A program made the translations under genes and the position numbers. A stretch of 64,000 bases of DNA, taken from a virus. The stretch is taken from the IMG/VR virus record IMGVR_UViG_3300032893_000008, positions 55,224 to 119,223 of that record; one strand, given 5' to 3'. Positions 17,976 to 28,194 of the stretch are shown here, piece after piece. The notes under the pieces were generated by a model. That model did no database searches and was not told where the DNA came from. It saw only the letters and a list, made by a program, of their open reading frames with translations. The stretch's first letter is position 1. Each line of letters begins with the position of its first letter.

Positions 17976-18530
17976 ATGTCCGACACACCGAAGCAGAATC
18001 CCAAGGAAGCTGCCGGCGGGGTCAAGGTCCCACTGCACCTTTGCCCCGATACCGTCAAGATCGCCGGCGCGATGGCCTTCCTGGAAGGCGCCACGAAGTA
18101 TGGCGCGCACAACTGGCGAGCCGCGGGAATCATGGCTTCCACTTACAAATCCGCCATGGAGCGACATATGATCTCCTGGTGGAACGGCGAGGACATCGAT
18201 CCGGACTCGGGCCTTCCGCACCTCTGGAAGCTTCTGGCGTGCGTGGCGGTCTTGATCGACGCCTCGATGCTGAACAAGATCACCGATGATCGGCCGCCGA
18301 TGTCGCCTCTGCCGGAGCTAATGAAGGCCCTGGAACCAGCGATCGCCGCCATCAAGGCGAAAAACGCCGACAAGAATCCGCGCCACTGGTCGATCGCTGA
18401 TTCGGAAGGTATGCCGAAGTTGCCGGAGGCAATCCTCGGCAAGAAGGCCGGAATTCCGGGAGCGCACGAAGTGAACCCGGGGATGTGGGTAGCGGACAAA
18501 TCTACAAGTATCTTCAAGCAGGAGAAGTGA
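17976..18530 (+). CDS. dATP/dGTP diphosphohydrolase-like (DUF5664 type)
   Basis: NPKEA..KVPLHL..GATKYGAHNWR..RHM..WWNGEDIDPDSGLPHL; SD GAGGAG. Confidence 0.85.
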   Translation: MSDTPKQNPKEAAGGVKVPLHLCPDTVKIAGAMAFLEGATKYGAHNWRAAGIMASTYKSAMERHMISWWNGEDIDPDSGLPHLWKLLACVAVLIDASMLNKITDDRPPMSPLPELMKALEPAIAAIKAKNADKNPRHWSIADSEGMPKLPEAILGKKAGIPGAHEVNPGMWVADKSTSIFKQEK

Positions 18531-18531
18531 G

Positions 18532-18699
18532 ATGAACAGACGATTTTTGATTGGCGCTACGGTTTTCATCGCTGGAGTTAGCGTTATTTTCACCGTAGCT
18601 GACCTCTTCGCCGGCAACTTCTTCCTCGCGGGGCTCTGGCTTATTGTCAGCGCTCTGAACGCTAGAAACCTTCTCGCTCTCCTCACGACCAAGGACTAA
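18532..18699 (+). CDS. 55-aa two-TM membrane protein
   Basis: Hand-translated MNRRFLIGATVFIAGVSVIF...; fills the gap exactly. Confidence 0.5.
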   Translation: MNRRFLIGATVFIAGVSVIFTVADLFAGNFFLAGLWLIVSALNARNLLALLTTKD

Positions 18700-18701
18700 G
18701 A

Positions 18702-19547
18702 ATGGCCTACGGCGCGAAAGTCATCCTCGATTCGATCTCGGAAGCCGGCGTCCGCCTCACCACGATGGAGGTGACCATCCCTCGCATCGTCCTGCCGGAG
18801 TTCAACACCCACCGGATGCTATCCCGGAATTCGGCGTCCAGTCGAGCGATCCCGGTCAAGAAGATGATCGAGCGCGTCAAGGCTGATCCTTTCATCCCCC
18901 AGCGCTGGGGCCGCAACGAGAAGGGCATGCAGGCCAATCAGGAGCTGAAGACGCCGGAAGAGATCAAGCTGGCGACGGATATCTGGCTCATGGCTCGTGA
19001 TGAAGCGATCAAATACGTCGAAATGCTCGTGGACGAGAACGGTATCAACATCCACAAGCAGCTCGCGAATCGCCTCCTGGAGCCCTGGATGTGGCAGACC
19101 ATCATCGTCACGGCTACGGAATGGGAGAACATGCGTGGCCTTCGGGTATCGCCCGAGGCACAGCCGGATTTCGAGATCGCTGCCCGGATGCTCTTCGAAG
19201 CCTATGATGCGAGTAGCCCCAAGTGGTTAGACGTAGGTGAATGGCACCTTCCTTACGTGGAAGGCGTCGACAAGGACTCTATGTTGTGGGACGGGGTCTC
19301 TCAAGAGAAGTTGATCAAGATTTCCGCCGCTCGATGCGCGAGAGTGTCCTATCTCACCCACGACGGCAGGCGAGATCCGACCGAAGACGTGAAGCTCTAC
19401 GATCGCCTCCTCGCTGGCCCGCACCTCTCCCCTCTGGAGCACCCCGCCCAGGCCCTGGCCAATCCAATCCAGGTGGGTAATTTCACTGGTTGGATGCAGG
19501 CCCGGAAGATGATCCCCGGGGAAGCGATTCATAGGGGGAAGAAATGA
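18702..19547 (+). CDS. thyX: Flavin-dependent thymidylate synthase (phage type)
   Basis: EFNTHRMLSRNSASSRAIP, ARCARVSYL, HLSPLEH. Confidence 0.85.
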   Translation: MAYGAKVILDSISEAGVRLTTMEVTIPRIVLPEFNTHRMLSRNSASSRAIPVKKMIERVKADPFIPQRWGRNEKGMQANQELKTPEEIKLATDIWLMARDEAIKYVEMLVDENGINIHKQLANRLLEPWMWQTIIVTATEWENMRGLRVSPEAQPDFEIAARMLFEAYDASSPKWLDVGEWHLPYVEGVDKDSMLWDGVSQEKLIKISAARCARVSYLTHDGRRDPTEDVKLYDRLLAGPHLSPLEHPAQALANPIQVGNFTGWMQARKMIPGEAIHRGKK

Positions 19548-20149
19548 AGCATCCGTTCAATGACGAAATGACCGGCTGGGACTGGCTCTTTAACTCGATC
19601 CTGTGCCGGCTCTTCAAGTATCGCGATATCGTCAAGACCGAAGAGAGCGAAGAGAGTATTGGCAATGGAGTTGCCTTGTATCATTCGGGGCCTACGCTCT
19701 ACCTGCGCCGTTTCTACCTCTGGTCCAAGGGGAACAAGGAAGACGGCTACAAAGGAGCGATCTTCCTTCACAACATCCGACGGTCTGACAACGATCGCCA
19801 TATGCACGATCACCCCTGGGATTTCACGAGCTACGTTCTCGCTGGCGGCTACTATGAGCAGCTCCCGGGGGCTGAAGTCGTAGACCTGGCGGGTAACGTT
19901 AGTAAGCCCGGGCGCAAAGTCTACCCCGGCATGGAACTGCATAACCCCGCCGAACACCTTCACAAAGTCGAACTTTGGCGCAATCCCGATGGAAGTCCGA
20001 TGCGCGCCTGGACGATCGTCAAGGCCGGACCCGCTCGCCGCATTTGGGGCTTCCAGACCGAGGAAGGGTGGGTCGACTACAAGACCTACTTGGGGATCCC
20101 TCAGGAAACCCCCGAGACGAACGGCGAAGACATCATCCCGAAGACCTAA
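19544..20149 (+). CDS. Cupin-fold protein
   Basis: FLHNI..SD.DRHMHDHPWDFTSYVLAGGYYE, HKVEL, WGF. Confidence 0.7.
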   Translation: MKHPFNDEMTGWDWLFNSILCRLFKYRDIVKTEESEESIGNGVALYHSGPTLYLRRFYLWSKGNKEDGYKGAIFLHNIRRSDNDRHMHDHPWDFTSYVLAGGYYEQLPGAEVVDLAGNVSKPGRKVYPGMELHNPAEHLHKVELWRNPDGSPMRAWTIVKAGPARRIWGFQTEEGWVDYKTYLGIPQETPETNGEDIIPKT

Positions 20150-20200
20150 AACTCTCACGCTGCGGTATCATCTAGACAACAACGAACCAGGAGAAAAGCC

Positions 20201-20518
20201 ATGGGCCGTCCCAAGAAGAGCGAAGTCCCCCAGACGTTCATCGATGCCACGAACACCATGACCACGGAGGAACTCCGCAACGAGATCCTCAAGGCCAGTG
20301 CCAACGTCGACGAGATCGAGGAGGCTCGTGAGAACGACGGGAAGTTCCAGGTCCTCAAGGAGACCTACACTGACGCTGCCGCCGGCTATCGCGACGGCAT
20401 CAACGCCGAGAAGGCGAAGGCCGCCTACGCCAAGCTCGTCCTCAAGAACCGCGGCCAAACGGTCGCGGCGTCGAACATCACCAAGCCGACCACCGCGAAG
20501 GTCGCCCAGAAGTCGTGA
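20201..20518 (+). CDS. Hypothetical helical protein
   Basis: SD AGGAG; GCGGTATCAT promoter-like element at ~20162. Confidence 0.65.
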   Translation: MGRPKKSEVPQTFIDATNTMTTEELRNEILKASANVDEIEEARENDGKFQVLKETYTDAAAGYRDGINAEKAKAAYAKLVLKNRGQTVAASNITKPTTAKVAQKS

Positions 20519-20727
20519 GCGCGAAGCCCTATACAGCAGAGGTCCGAAAGTTCAAGGCCATTTGGGGAATCGGGCCTCTGCTGCGGCGTTACTCTTCGCC
20601 GAGCCTGATCTGGCTGGAGCTGAACACTGGAGCTGAACTCAAAGAAGTGGCAGGCATCGTGCCACAGCACATCACCGACACCCTAACGATCAAGGTCGAA
20701 AGAGAGAGCAATGAAGAACAATCCTGA
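20515..20727 (+). CDS. Hypothetical protein
   Basis: GTGA-coupled. Confidence 0.45.
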   Translation: MSAKPYTAEVRKFKAIWGIGPLLRRYSSPSLIWLELNTGAELKEVAGIVPQHITDTLTIKVERESNEEQS

Positions 20728-20959
20728 TCCCATCGTCGCTGCGTTCACCGCCTGGGACAACCATCGCCAGGACTGCAAGGCCACCATCCTCGATAACGAC
20801 AAGGAAGCCGGCGAGGGCGCGAAGCGCAAGGTCAACCATCCCTGCGTATACGACGGGGACAAGTGCGAACGAGGCATGAAGCTCTACAACACCTGGCGCC
20901 GCGCGATCGGTGCCGTCCCTTCGGAACCCAAGGTCCGCAGCACCAGCACGGAGATCTGA
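20711..20959 (+). CDS. Hypothetical protein
   Basis: Operon context. Confidence 0.5.
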   Translation: MKNNPDPIVAAFTAWDNHRQDCKATILDNDKEAGEGAKRKVNHPCVYDGDKCERGMKLYNTWRRAIGAVPSEPKVRSTSTEI

Positions 20960-20960
20960 T

Positions 20961-21263
20961 ATGCCCACTGGCGGAACTTCCAAGACTCGTAGGGGCGTAA
21001 TGCCCGGCACTCGCAACCGTAACGTCGCTCGCAATTCGCAGAAGACGACCTTTCGGTGCGGTCACCGCGGCCTCGGCGCCTTTTGTCACCGCTGCGAGCA
21101 GGCCAAGGTCCTCACCGCGAACGCCGAGAAGGGTGTCATCGTGATCTACGACCGCAAGACCAAGCCGAAGAAGCCGGTGGTCCAGAAGGCGACGACGGAA
21201 GACGTTCGCGCTATGCGCGCCGAAGCTGCCCGACTCCTGAAGCCGGCGGCAAACAAGACTTGA
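20961..21263 (+). CDS. Basic Zn-finger-like protein
   Basis: CGH..FCHRC; SD GGAG. Confidence 0.55.
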   Translation: MPTGGTSKTRRGVMPGTRNRNVARNSQKTTFRCGHRGLGAFCHRCEQAKVLTANAEKGVIVIYDRKTKPKKPVVQKATTEDVRAMRAEAARLLKPAANKT

Positions 21264-21294
21264 CTTTCGGGGTGAAACCCGGTAAGAAAGCTTC

Positions 21295-21480
21295 ATGGAA
21301 AAGAAGCCTCTCTACAAGTCAAAGTCTGACGTCCGTCCGGAATGCATCGCGGAGGTCCTGAACAAGTTCTACGAGGAGGGTTACCATCTCAAGGAAATCG
21401 TTCAGGACAACTTCGAATACTACGGGGAAGTCGAGCGATACCGCACTTACACCATCCTCGTGGTTCTGGGAACTGTGTGA
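21295..21480 (+). CDS. Hypothetical protein
   Basis: TTGACT-17-TAAGAA-6nt-ATG upstream. Confidence 0.5.
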   Translation: MEKKPLYKSKSDVRPECIAEVLNKFYEEGYHLKEIVQDNFEYYGEVERYRTYTILVVLGTV

Positions 21481-22298
21481 CGGACCCGATCATCCTGTTC
21501 CGCTCCGAAGGATTGGAAGCCGAAGGCGAGCTTGAGGCAGCGAGGAAGCATTTCGCCGTCATTGACTCGCGCTTGGATATCCATCGCAACGAACTGGTGA
21601 TCGGGCGCTACTCGGTCTATCCCTACTACCAGGAGCTGGAAAAGGACGTAATCCGCAAGGGCGCCAAGCTAGTGAACTCTTACCGAGAGCACCTATACGT
21701 CGCTGACGTGATGTCTTGGGCCCTAGATCTCGACGAGATGACGCCAATGACCTGGCGTCATCCATCAGAAGCCCCGCGAGATTGCGCGTTCGTCCTCAAG
21801 GGCAAGACGTATTCTAAGAAATTCCTTTGGGACACGCATATGTTCGCGCCCGATTTTCGGCAGGCCATGGAGGTCTACTGCCGGCTCCAGGATGATGCGC
21901 TGATTGGTAGCGAGGGCATCTATCTCCGCCGTTACGTCCCGCTCCGCCAACTGGACGTCGGTCCGCACGGACTCCCGATCTCGGAAGAGTATCGCTTCTT
22001 CGTTCTGTATGGCCAAGTCGTGAGCGCTGGCTTCTACTGGTCGAGCTACCCCCACTTGGTGACCTCCGAGATTACGCCAGCGACAGTGCCGAAGGACTTC
22101 CTGGAAGAGGCGATCTCACGCGTGGAGGATAGAGTTTCCTTCTTCACCATGGATGTAGCCCGGACCGAGAAGGGTGATTGGATCGTCGTAGAGCTGAATG
22201 ATGGCCAGATGAGCGGCCTCAGCGAGAACGACCCCGACACTTTCTACCGTCGCCTTCGGGAAGTGCTCGTCGTTGAAAACGAGCCAGGCCCGGATTAG
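21477..22298 (+). CDS. ATP-grasp domain protein (R2K/DUF4343-like)
   Basis: FVLKG..SKK..W, EEYRFF, FFTMDVA..G.WIVVELNDGQMSG. Confidence 0.8.
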   Translation: MTDPIILFRSEGLEAEGELEAARKHFAVIDSRLDIHRNELVIGRYSVYPYYQELEKDVIRKGAKLVNSYREHLYVADVMSWALDLDEMTPMTWRHPSEAPRDCAFVLKGKTYSKKFLWDTHMFAPDFRQAMEVYCRLQDDALIGSEGIYLRRYVPLRQLDVGPHGLPISEEYRFFVLYGQVVSAGFYWSSYPHLVTSEITPATVPKDFLEEAISRVEDRVSFFTMDVARTEKGDWIVVELNDGQMSGLSENDPDTFYRRLREVLVVENEPGPD

Positions 22299-22762
22299 GG
22301 CCAGAACTTCGCTTCGTCGGTGCGTCGGGCCTTCAAGCCCGCGGACTCCGTGAGCACGCCGTTCACTCGGACTTTGTCCCACTTCAGGAAGTCCGTTCGG
22401 ATCTCACTGTTGCTCGCGCCGGCGTTGATGGCCCTGAGCAGAGAGCTAGCACTAAAGCCAAACACACCGATGTTGAAGATGAAACTCACCAAGGAATCGA
22501 ACTGGTCCTGAGTGATCGCCGCAGTTACTAGGTCCTTCACAGCGTTCTCCGCCGGCACCAGATCGAGCGCCAGGAGCGCATCGGCCTGAGCCTGGGTAAG
22601 GCCGGCGCCGAAAAGCGCCATGAGCGCTGGCACAGCACGATCCTCGGCCGTGATCAGATGCCCGACGCCGATGGTGTCCAGGCCAGCCTGGTCCTTGTAG
22701 ATCGTCAGGACACAGTCTTCGTAGCCTCGGATTCTAGCGATGCCAGCCGCCGAGGTCTTCAT
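22295..22762 (-). CDS. Phage lysozyme (GH24) endolysin
   Basis: YE-x8-D-x5-TIGVGH, QFDSLVSFIFNIG, GLKARR..E. Confidence 0.9.
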   Translation of the reverse strand: MKTSAAGIARIRGYEDCVLTIYKDQAGLDTIGVGHLITAEDRAVPALMALFGAGLTQAQADALLALDLVPAENAVKDLVTAAITQDQFDSLVSFIFNIGVFGFSASSLLRAINAGASNSEIRTDFLKWDKVRVNGVLTESAGLKARRTDEAKFWP

Positions 22763-25590
22763 TACTGAGCCCCGTGAACGTGGAAATGCACCACTAGCGC
22801 ATCTACGGCGGGATTCTGCACCGCTCCTGCCATATTCACGATGACGATTTCAAAATACCCCGTAGTCTTATTTGCACTGTTTACGTTTGCGACGTAAGCA
22901 GCGGCGTTGTATTGCGCGGTCACGACCGGAGCGTAATTGGCATTCGTCATGGGGGTCGGGAAAGTGATACGAATCGCGGTGCCATTAATCGTGGCGGTGC
23001 AATTGAAGCCATCATCTACTGAAACACCGCCGCCGCCGTTGGTGGTTACGGTTCCCCAAGATTTGGGGATATTCTTAGCACGCAACTCATTTACGGACGG
23101 TGCAGTGCTATTAGCCGGATTAGAGTAGGTGCCGGCAGAATCAATCTTGAAGCTACCATCGGTGCATTCCAGGCCGCGCTGCGGACTACCGACCGCAGCT
23201 ACGTCTACGTTACCCGCCCAGGTATTGGGCGTAACGGCTGCTCCAGCGCCGGAGGTGGATGGAGTGTAAAAGTTACCAAAAGTCTGCGTGAGCGAGTTGC
23301 GGAAGAAGGTGTTGTTCTGAATGACAGCTGCAGTGCCCGCAGTCTTGGTGGCACTCAGACGGATCATATCGGCAGTGCCGGTATAGGAGCTAGTATCTTC
23401 CTGGTTTCCGGAGATGTCGTTCTCGATGAACGAAGCGGTGATACCGCCGGCGTTTGCGGTGATGTCGATTTTGATGTAGCACGGTGAAGCTCCGCCGCCG
23501 GCAACTGTCTCAAAGACGTTGTCGCAGATCTGGTTGGCTTGCACTGTCCCAGTGGAAGTAAAGGTCTCAACGAAGCTAACGCCGTAAGGAAGGCCCGCGG
23601 ACTCCCTGATCCGGATTCGGTTTCTCCGGATGGAGTTCCCGCTAGATTTGTGGAGGCGAATTGCGTGTGTAGTTCCTACACCAGCGTTGTCCGTGAGCTG
23701 GATGACGTTGTCCAGGACTTTGCACTTGGAGGCGCTATTGGAAATCGATACCGCGACCGATTGCGTGGTGGCACTGGACTGGGTGATCCCGAGATTGGAC
23801 AGCTCGCATGAAGCTGCATTCAGTTCGATAACTGCATCACCAGCGATCGCGCCAGTGATAAGCGTTGAATCCGGACCTTCACCAACGATACGAATTTTGG
23901 CGGTCGAGACCTGAATTTTAGAAGCGAAGGTGTAAGTTCCTCGTTTGACGAAGATCGTGCCACCGGACGGCAAAGCCGCTAGAGCGCTAGTGAAAACCGC
24001 CTGGGTGGTTCCATTGTAGTCTCCGGAGGAGCTTACGCCGTCACCAATTGTTACGGACGACAGCCGGCCAGCGAGCGCGGTAGCGACGTCGGACAGGAGC
24101 TTGTCGGTCAAGGCGTAGCCTACGATCCGATGCTCGCTGTCCTTCATCAAGAAGCCATCACGTGTGTAGCACTGCCCCGTAGGCGTGCCCCAACGGCTAC
24201 CAAGCCACCAGACGTTCGTGTTGAACGCTACGTTCGCTGCAGGGCCAGCGGTGACGGTGTAGGCACCCTTGGAATAGACCCCCTGGGCGTTACCGGTGGC
24301 GCCAGCGTAGGCTGAGACTAGTTCAACCGATACCGCGAGCGCGGCGGTTGTAAGGGCGCCACCGCCGCCCGCGCCACCGGGGGCATCGTAAAAATCCAGG
24401 ATGCGGACATAGCGGTGAATGCCGTCGACGTCCTTTTTGATCCAATCGCCGCGGCCAGCGGCCGAGGTCGTGTCGGATTCCAGACCAGCGAACGAGCCGC
24501 CGAGGACGTTACCGTTGACGAAGGTTGCGCCATTAGACCAAGCGAGTGTATCACTTGCCCCCGGAAAGGGGAGGTTGCGCATCTGAGTGACGTAAGCAAC
24601 ATCGCCGGCGTTCAGGGTGGCCGAGCTAGCCTTTATCGTGAAGAAGTAGGGCCCATCTACCGAACGCACTTCAAGATCATCCGTCCAAGTGAGCGTATTG
24701 CCGGCGCCGTTCCATTGGAACTCGCCCGTGCCCGTTTTAGACGTCAGAATCGAGCCCACGGAGTCCGAGAAGAGATCGGACAGCGAGCCAGACCCCGTGG
24801 AACCACCCTCAAACCACTTTGCGCCAGGGCCCTGCAGCTCAGCCAGGCGGGACATTACAGCGTTCGCCCAGGTCTTGAAGTTCTGGATGGCTTTGTCAGA
24901 TCCCCGGAAAGGGTTGGCGGTCGGATCCGTGGTCGTTAGGGTAATCCCGTGATCCGTGCGCCCTTGGGGCCAGCCGTAGCGATAAGTCGCATCGGGGGAG
25001 GTGCCGCCGGTGCCTAGACGGAACATCAGGTTGCGACAGTCCGTAATCGAAGTCACGACGCCATTGGCGTCCACGACGACCTTGGCGATCGGGACCTTGC
25101 CGGCCGTGAAGCCGACGGTGTTGACGGAAGCGATCACCGTGAGGTTAGTGACGGTGTCGATCGTCTCCTTAAATTCCTCACCAGTGCCGTCTGCTCCACC
25201 GGCTTCGTCCCAGATAGCGCGCGTATCGCTTCCACCGGTGGAAGTTGACTGGTCCAGTTCGATGAAATTCGTCTGACTCGGGGTCAGAGCAACCGTTTGC
25301 TGTGGCTCAGAGCCTGATGCCACGAAGAATCCACCAGCTCCACCTACCGATTCTGGGTGAAACATCATGGAGTTAGCGATGTTTACCAAGACAGACGAGA
25401 CCTTCTTGGTCACGTAAGTATCTGGCGATGGGATGTCGAAACCGCTGACAATCAGGGGAGACGAAGCTCCCGTAAGAAATTGGTCTACGAACTGCGACCA
25501 GTCCGCATTACCAAAAGCATCGAAGTTGAGGGCATCTGGGAGATCCAGACGCTCCCCGGAAATGAGTCGAACTCGTTGCAGAACGGACAT
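22762..25590 (-). CDS. Tail fibre/tailspike with beta-helix domain
   Basis: Baseplate-attachment-type N-terminus; GGTIFVKRGTY..IVGEG pectin-lyase-like start; lower-GC C-terminal half. Confidence 0.75.
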   Translation of the reverse strand: MSVLQRVRLISGERLDLPDALNFDAFGNADWSQFVDQFLTGASSPLIVSGFDIPSPDTYVTKKVSSVLVNIANSMMFHPESVGGAGGFFVASGSEPQQTVALTPSQTNFIELDQSTSTGGSDTRAIWDEAGGADGTGEEFKETIDTVTNLTVIASVNTVGFTAGKVPIAKVVVDANGVVTSITDCRNLMFRLGTGGTSPDATYRYGWPQGRTDHGITLTTTDPTANPFRGSDKAIQNFKTWANAVMSRLAELQGPGAKWFEGGSTGSGSLSDLFSDSVGSILTSKTGTGEFQWNGAGNTLTWTDDLEVRSVDGPYFFTIKASSATLNAGDVAYVTQMRNLPFPGASDTLAWSNGATFVNGNVLGGSFAGLESDTTSAAGRGDWIKKDVDGIHRYVRILDFYDAPGGAGGGGALTTAALAVSVELVSAYAGATGNAQGVYSKGAYTVTAGPAANVAFNTNVWWLGSRWGTPTGQCYTRDGFLMKDSEHRIVGYALTDKLLSDVATALAGRLSSVTIGDGVSSSGDYNGTTQAVFTSALAALPSGGTIFVKRGTYTFASKIQVSTAKIRIVGEGPDSTLITGAIAGDAVIELNAASCELSNLGITQSSATTQSVAVSISNSASKCKVLDNVIQLTDNAGVGTTHAIRLHKSSGNSIRRNRIRIRESAGLPYGVSFVETFTSTGTVQANQICDNVFETVAGGGASPCYIKIDITANAGGITASFIENDISGNQEDTSSYTGTADMIRLSATKTAGTAAVIQNNTFFRNSLTQTFGNFYTPSTSGAGAAVTPNTWAGNVDVAAVGSPQRGLECTDGSFKIDSAGTYSNPANSTAPSVNELRAKNIPKSWGTVTTNGGGGVSVDDGFNCTATINGTAIRITFPTPMTNANYAPVVTAQYNAAAYVANVNSANKTTGYFEIVIVNMAGAVQNPAVDALVVHFHVHGAQ

Positions 25591-25596
25591 GTGCGG

Positions 25597-25604
25597 ATTT
25601 TACC
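25597..25604 (-). promoter_or_regulatory. GGTAAAAT putative late promoter
   Basis: 6 nt upstream of tail fibre ATG; same motif recurs before other virion genes. Confidence 0.6.
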
Positions 25605-25639
25605 AGGATCAGTCCCCGGGGACGCGGTAGAATCACTAC

Positions 25640-26254
25640 GTGTCCACCCATGTCTATTTGCCGAAAAGTCAGCCTCCCGGAATCGGCTGGTGTGGTCCTA
25701 CGTCCCTTGCGAATGCCCTGGCGATCTATGGGATCCCAACCACCCCGGAGGAGTGCGCCGGCGCCTGCCAGGCACCCGGACCTGATCAGGGCGTTACCGA
25801 CGACGACCTGGCTAGGGGGCTAAAGAAGTTCGGCTTTAGGGCAAACAAGAAGACCGCTACCAAGAAGTCGGAATTTCAAAGGATTTTCAAGTGGGTGCGT
25901 AAGCAGACTGACACCGGAAAGCTCGTGCTGTGCACCATCAACGGGAATTACGCTACCTGTCACATCGTTCTGATCATGCGAGTGGTTCGCGGGGGCGTTC
26001 AGGTGTGGGATCCTCACGACAACGAATCGAAGGTAATTAGTCGTCGCAATCTTTTTCAAGCCTGGTGGAACATCACCGATCCTAAGGATAGAGAGATGGA
26101 GACTCTTACCGGAGTGGCGCTCATAGCCATGAGTCCGCGAAGCAAACTCGCCCGTCGAGCGGTCGAAGTTCGAACCAATCTACTGAATCCTCCCAAGGGG
26201 AAGCTTCCTACCGAGAAAGCGCCCTACATCGAAGAAAAGCACGAGAATCCATGA
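25640..26254 (+). CDS. C39-like cysteine peptidase
   Basis: WCGPTSLA, HIVLI, VWDP catalytic triad. Confidence 0.7.
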   Translation: MSTHVYLPKSQPPGIGWCGPTSLANALAIYGIPTTPEECAGACQAPGPDQGVTDDDLARGLKKFGFRANKKTATKKSEFQRIFKWVRKQTDTGKLVLCTINGNYATCHIVLIMRVVRGGVQVWDPHDNESKVISRRNLFQAWWNITDPKDREMETLTGVALIAMSPRSKLARRAVEVRTNLLNPPKGKLPTEKAPYIEEKHENP

Positions 26255-26607
26255 ATCCGAAAACGGTTAAGTTTTTCCGCGCCCTCCTGGCGGTGATTTC
26301 CGCTCTCCTGATGTTCCAGTGGGGCATGTCCTTTGTATTCCTGATCATGATCCGGGCTGATGACTTCCGAATCTTCAGCTCCTTGGCGCTATGCGTGTTC
26401 TTCTACTTCGTTCTGCTCCTCCAGATTAGCGCGATTCACCGTCTGGAGAATGCAGGCCGGCCGCCGGCGGCAGTCGAACCTGAGCCGTTAGAACCGCCGG
26501 AAATCCACTGTCCACCGCACAAATGGGAATACGATGAGGGTAAAAAGTTCATGCGCTGTAGCGTTTGCCGGCGCCGGCCGAACTACGTAGGACGCAAGGA
26601 CGAATGA
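26251..26607 (+). CDS. Two-TM membrane protein with C-terminal Zn-finger
   Basis: Two hydrophobic helices; CPPHKW..CSVC. Confidence 0.6.
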   Translation: MNPKTVKFFRALLAVISALLMFQWGMSFVFLIMIRADDFRIFSSLALCVFFYFVLLLQISAIHRLENAGRPPAAVEPEPLEPPEIHCPPHKWEYDEGKKFMRCSVCRRRPNYVGRKDE

Positions 26608-27071
26608 TCTCGATCCCCATTGAGGAGCTGTTCGGTGACCAACTGCTAAAGCTTCCGCCCGATGAGCACTGGGTAGCGCACGGAAAAGATGGCCAGATCA
26701 GTATAGTGGCGGAAAAAATCGTCACCGGTCTGGACGTGGCCATGGACATCCTCGATGAACTAGAGGGGCGCAGCCCAGAACCCAGGGGAACTAGCGCGAA
26801 GTTTAGCTACAACCTATACGTCTCTAGCCCCGCTATACAGCCGAGTTCACGTCCAAAGCGGGATTCGAAAACTTGTAAGCCGGCGCCTGCACGAGGAATC
26901 GCACGACAACGCCTACAGCGGTGGCGGCGACGATCAGGTCTTCCAACGCTTGGCGAGCAGTTGCGAGCCCAGTCACATATGCTGCGTAGCTCGTCCCGTC
27001 TTGTTTTACCTTCGGCGCCCCGAGCCCTCGCACGTAGTGGATCGATGCACTTACCGCGTGGTCGAATTTGA
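26604..27071 (+). CDS. Small protein with TGLDVAM motif; 3' extension overlaps the antisense baseplate gene
   Basis: ATGA-coupled; IVTGLDVAMDILDEL at codons ~39-53. Confidence 0.5.
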   Translation: MISIPIEELFGDQLLKLPPDEHWVAHGKDGQISIVAEKIVTGLDVAMDILDELEGRSPEPRGTSAKFSYNLYVSSPAIQPSSRPKRDSKTCKPAPARGIARQRLQRWRRRSGLPTLGEQLRAQSHMLRSSSRLVLPSAPRALARSGSMHLPRGRI

Positions 27072-28194
27072 AGACGTAGCTCGGATCGATGACGAGGTTG
27101 CCGGAGTTGGGCGCCGTAAGGTATCGAATAGGCCCTTCTTCGTTGGTATGCCCATAGTCGAGCACGAAATAGCCAGCGGTCGCTGGCCAGCTTGCCGGTA
27201 GCGGATTGACCAGGATGTTCGATAGGACCGTGCCTTTCGAGATCTTCCCGATGATAGTGGTCTTCAGGCTAGAGATCGAGTATTTCGCGTTACGGTCGAA
27301 GACATAGCCCGCCCCGATGGTGCCAGACGAATCCTTATTGAAGTGCAGCGCTCCCTTCAATTTCCGGGTAACTACCGCCGGCGAGGAAGGGAGTAGAACT
27401 ACCAGCTCTTCGTTGTTGACTTCATAGAGCACTGCCGGGCGAGACAAAGAATTGATGGTCTGCTTGCCGGTCGGGAAGGTGAAAGCCGCGGCCGCAGTTC
27501 CACCGGTAATTTCTACCGAACCAGTGGCACCGATAACCGAACTCGCGACATTCACAAACTGAACCAGGGACGTCGGGTCCGTTTGAACGCGCGCCGCTAG
27601 CTCGCCGTTCGGAAACTGACGGTTCATGGCATCTGCGACTTCCTGGGCCTTCGCGTTCGTAACGTCGAGGTAATCCGCAGTCTTGACGTAAAACGTAAGA
27701 TCACGGAGTTCATCCGTCGTTATCGTCAGTGTCTGACCATCCACGAGAGGGTAGGGTTCGGGAAAGAAAGATTCCACGTTCGCACTGACCGCCAGGGGGC
27801 CATACCAGATAGCTAGCAGCGCCTGGAGCGCCTGGCGAATCTGCTTGGGAACGTAGGACATTACGGGGATCAGACTGCGATAGTCAGGATCCTTCATCCC
27901 TACGCCCGCTGGTCGGCGCACACCGACGCTCGCACCTAGGCGATTCAAGTATTGCAGCTCGGCAGTCTCTACGTAGAGCTGTTTCTTCACCTGAGCCGTG
28001 AGATCTTCGACGCGGCAATCTCCTTGCCCGAACGCCACCAATAGCCCGCCTATGTTTGTGTTGGTGGTCGGTTTGTATGCCTCCGGCACCATACGAGTAA
28101 GTTTCTGGTAGGACTCGTTGTTGTATGGGCAAGGTTCAACCACTACCGCCGGCGCGATCTCGGGATCTTGCAGAAGGGTGTAGGTAGTAGCCAT
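26833..28194 (-). CDS. Baseplate wedge subunit
   Basis: LYVETAELQYLNRLG..GVRRP..MKDPDYR gpI-like motif; position after baseplate J. Confidence 0.7.
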   Translation of the reverse strand: MATTYTLLQDPEIAPAVVVEPCPYNNESYQKLTRMVPEAYKPTTNTNIGGLLVAFGQGDCRVEDLTAQVKKQLYVETAELQYLNRLGASVGVRRPAGVGMKDPDYRSLIPVMSYVPKQIRQALQALLAIWYGPLAVSANVESFFPEPYPLVDGQTLTITTDELRDLTFYVKTADYLDVTNAKAQEVADAMNRQFPNGELAARVQTDPTSLVQFVNVASSVIGATGSVEITGGTAAAAFTFPTGKQTINSLSRPAVLYEVNNEELVVLLPSSPAVVTRKLKGALHFNKDSSGTIGAGYVFDRNAKYSISSLKTTIIGKISKGTVLSNILVNPLPASWPATAGYFVLDYGHTNEEGPIRYLTAPNSGNLVIDPSYVFKFDHAVSASIHYVRGLGAPKVKQDGTSYAAYVTGLATARQALEDLIVAATAVGVVVRFLVQAPAYKFSNPALDVNSAV

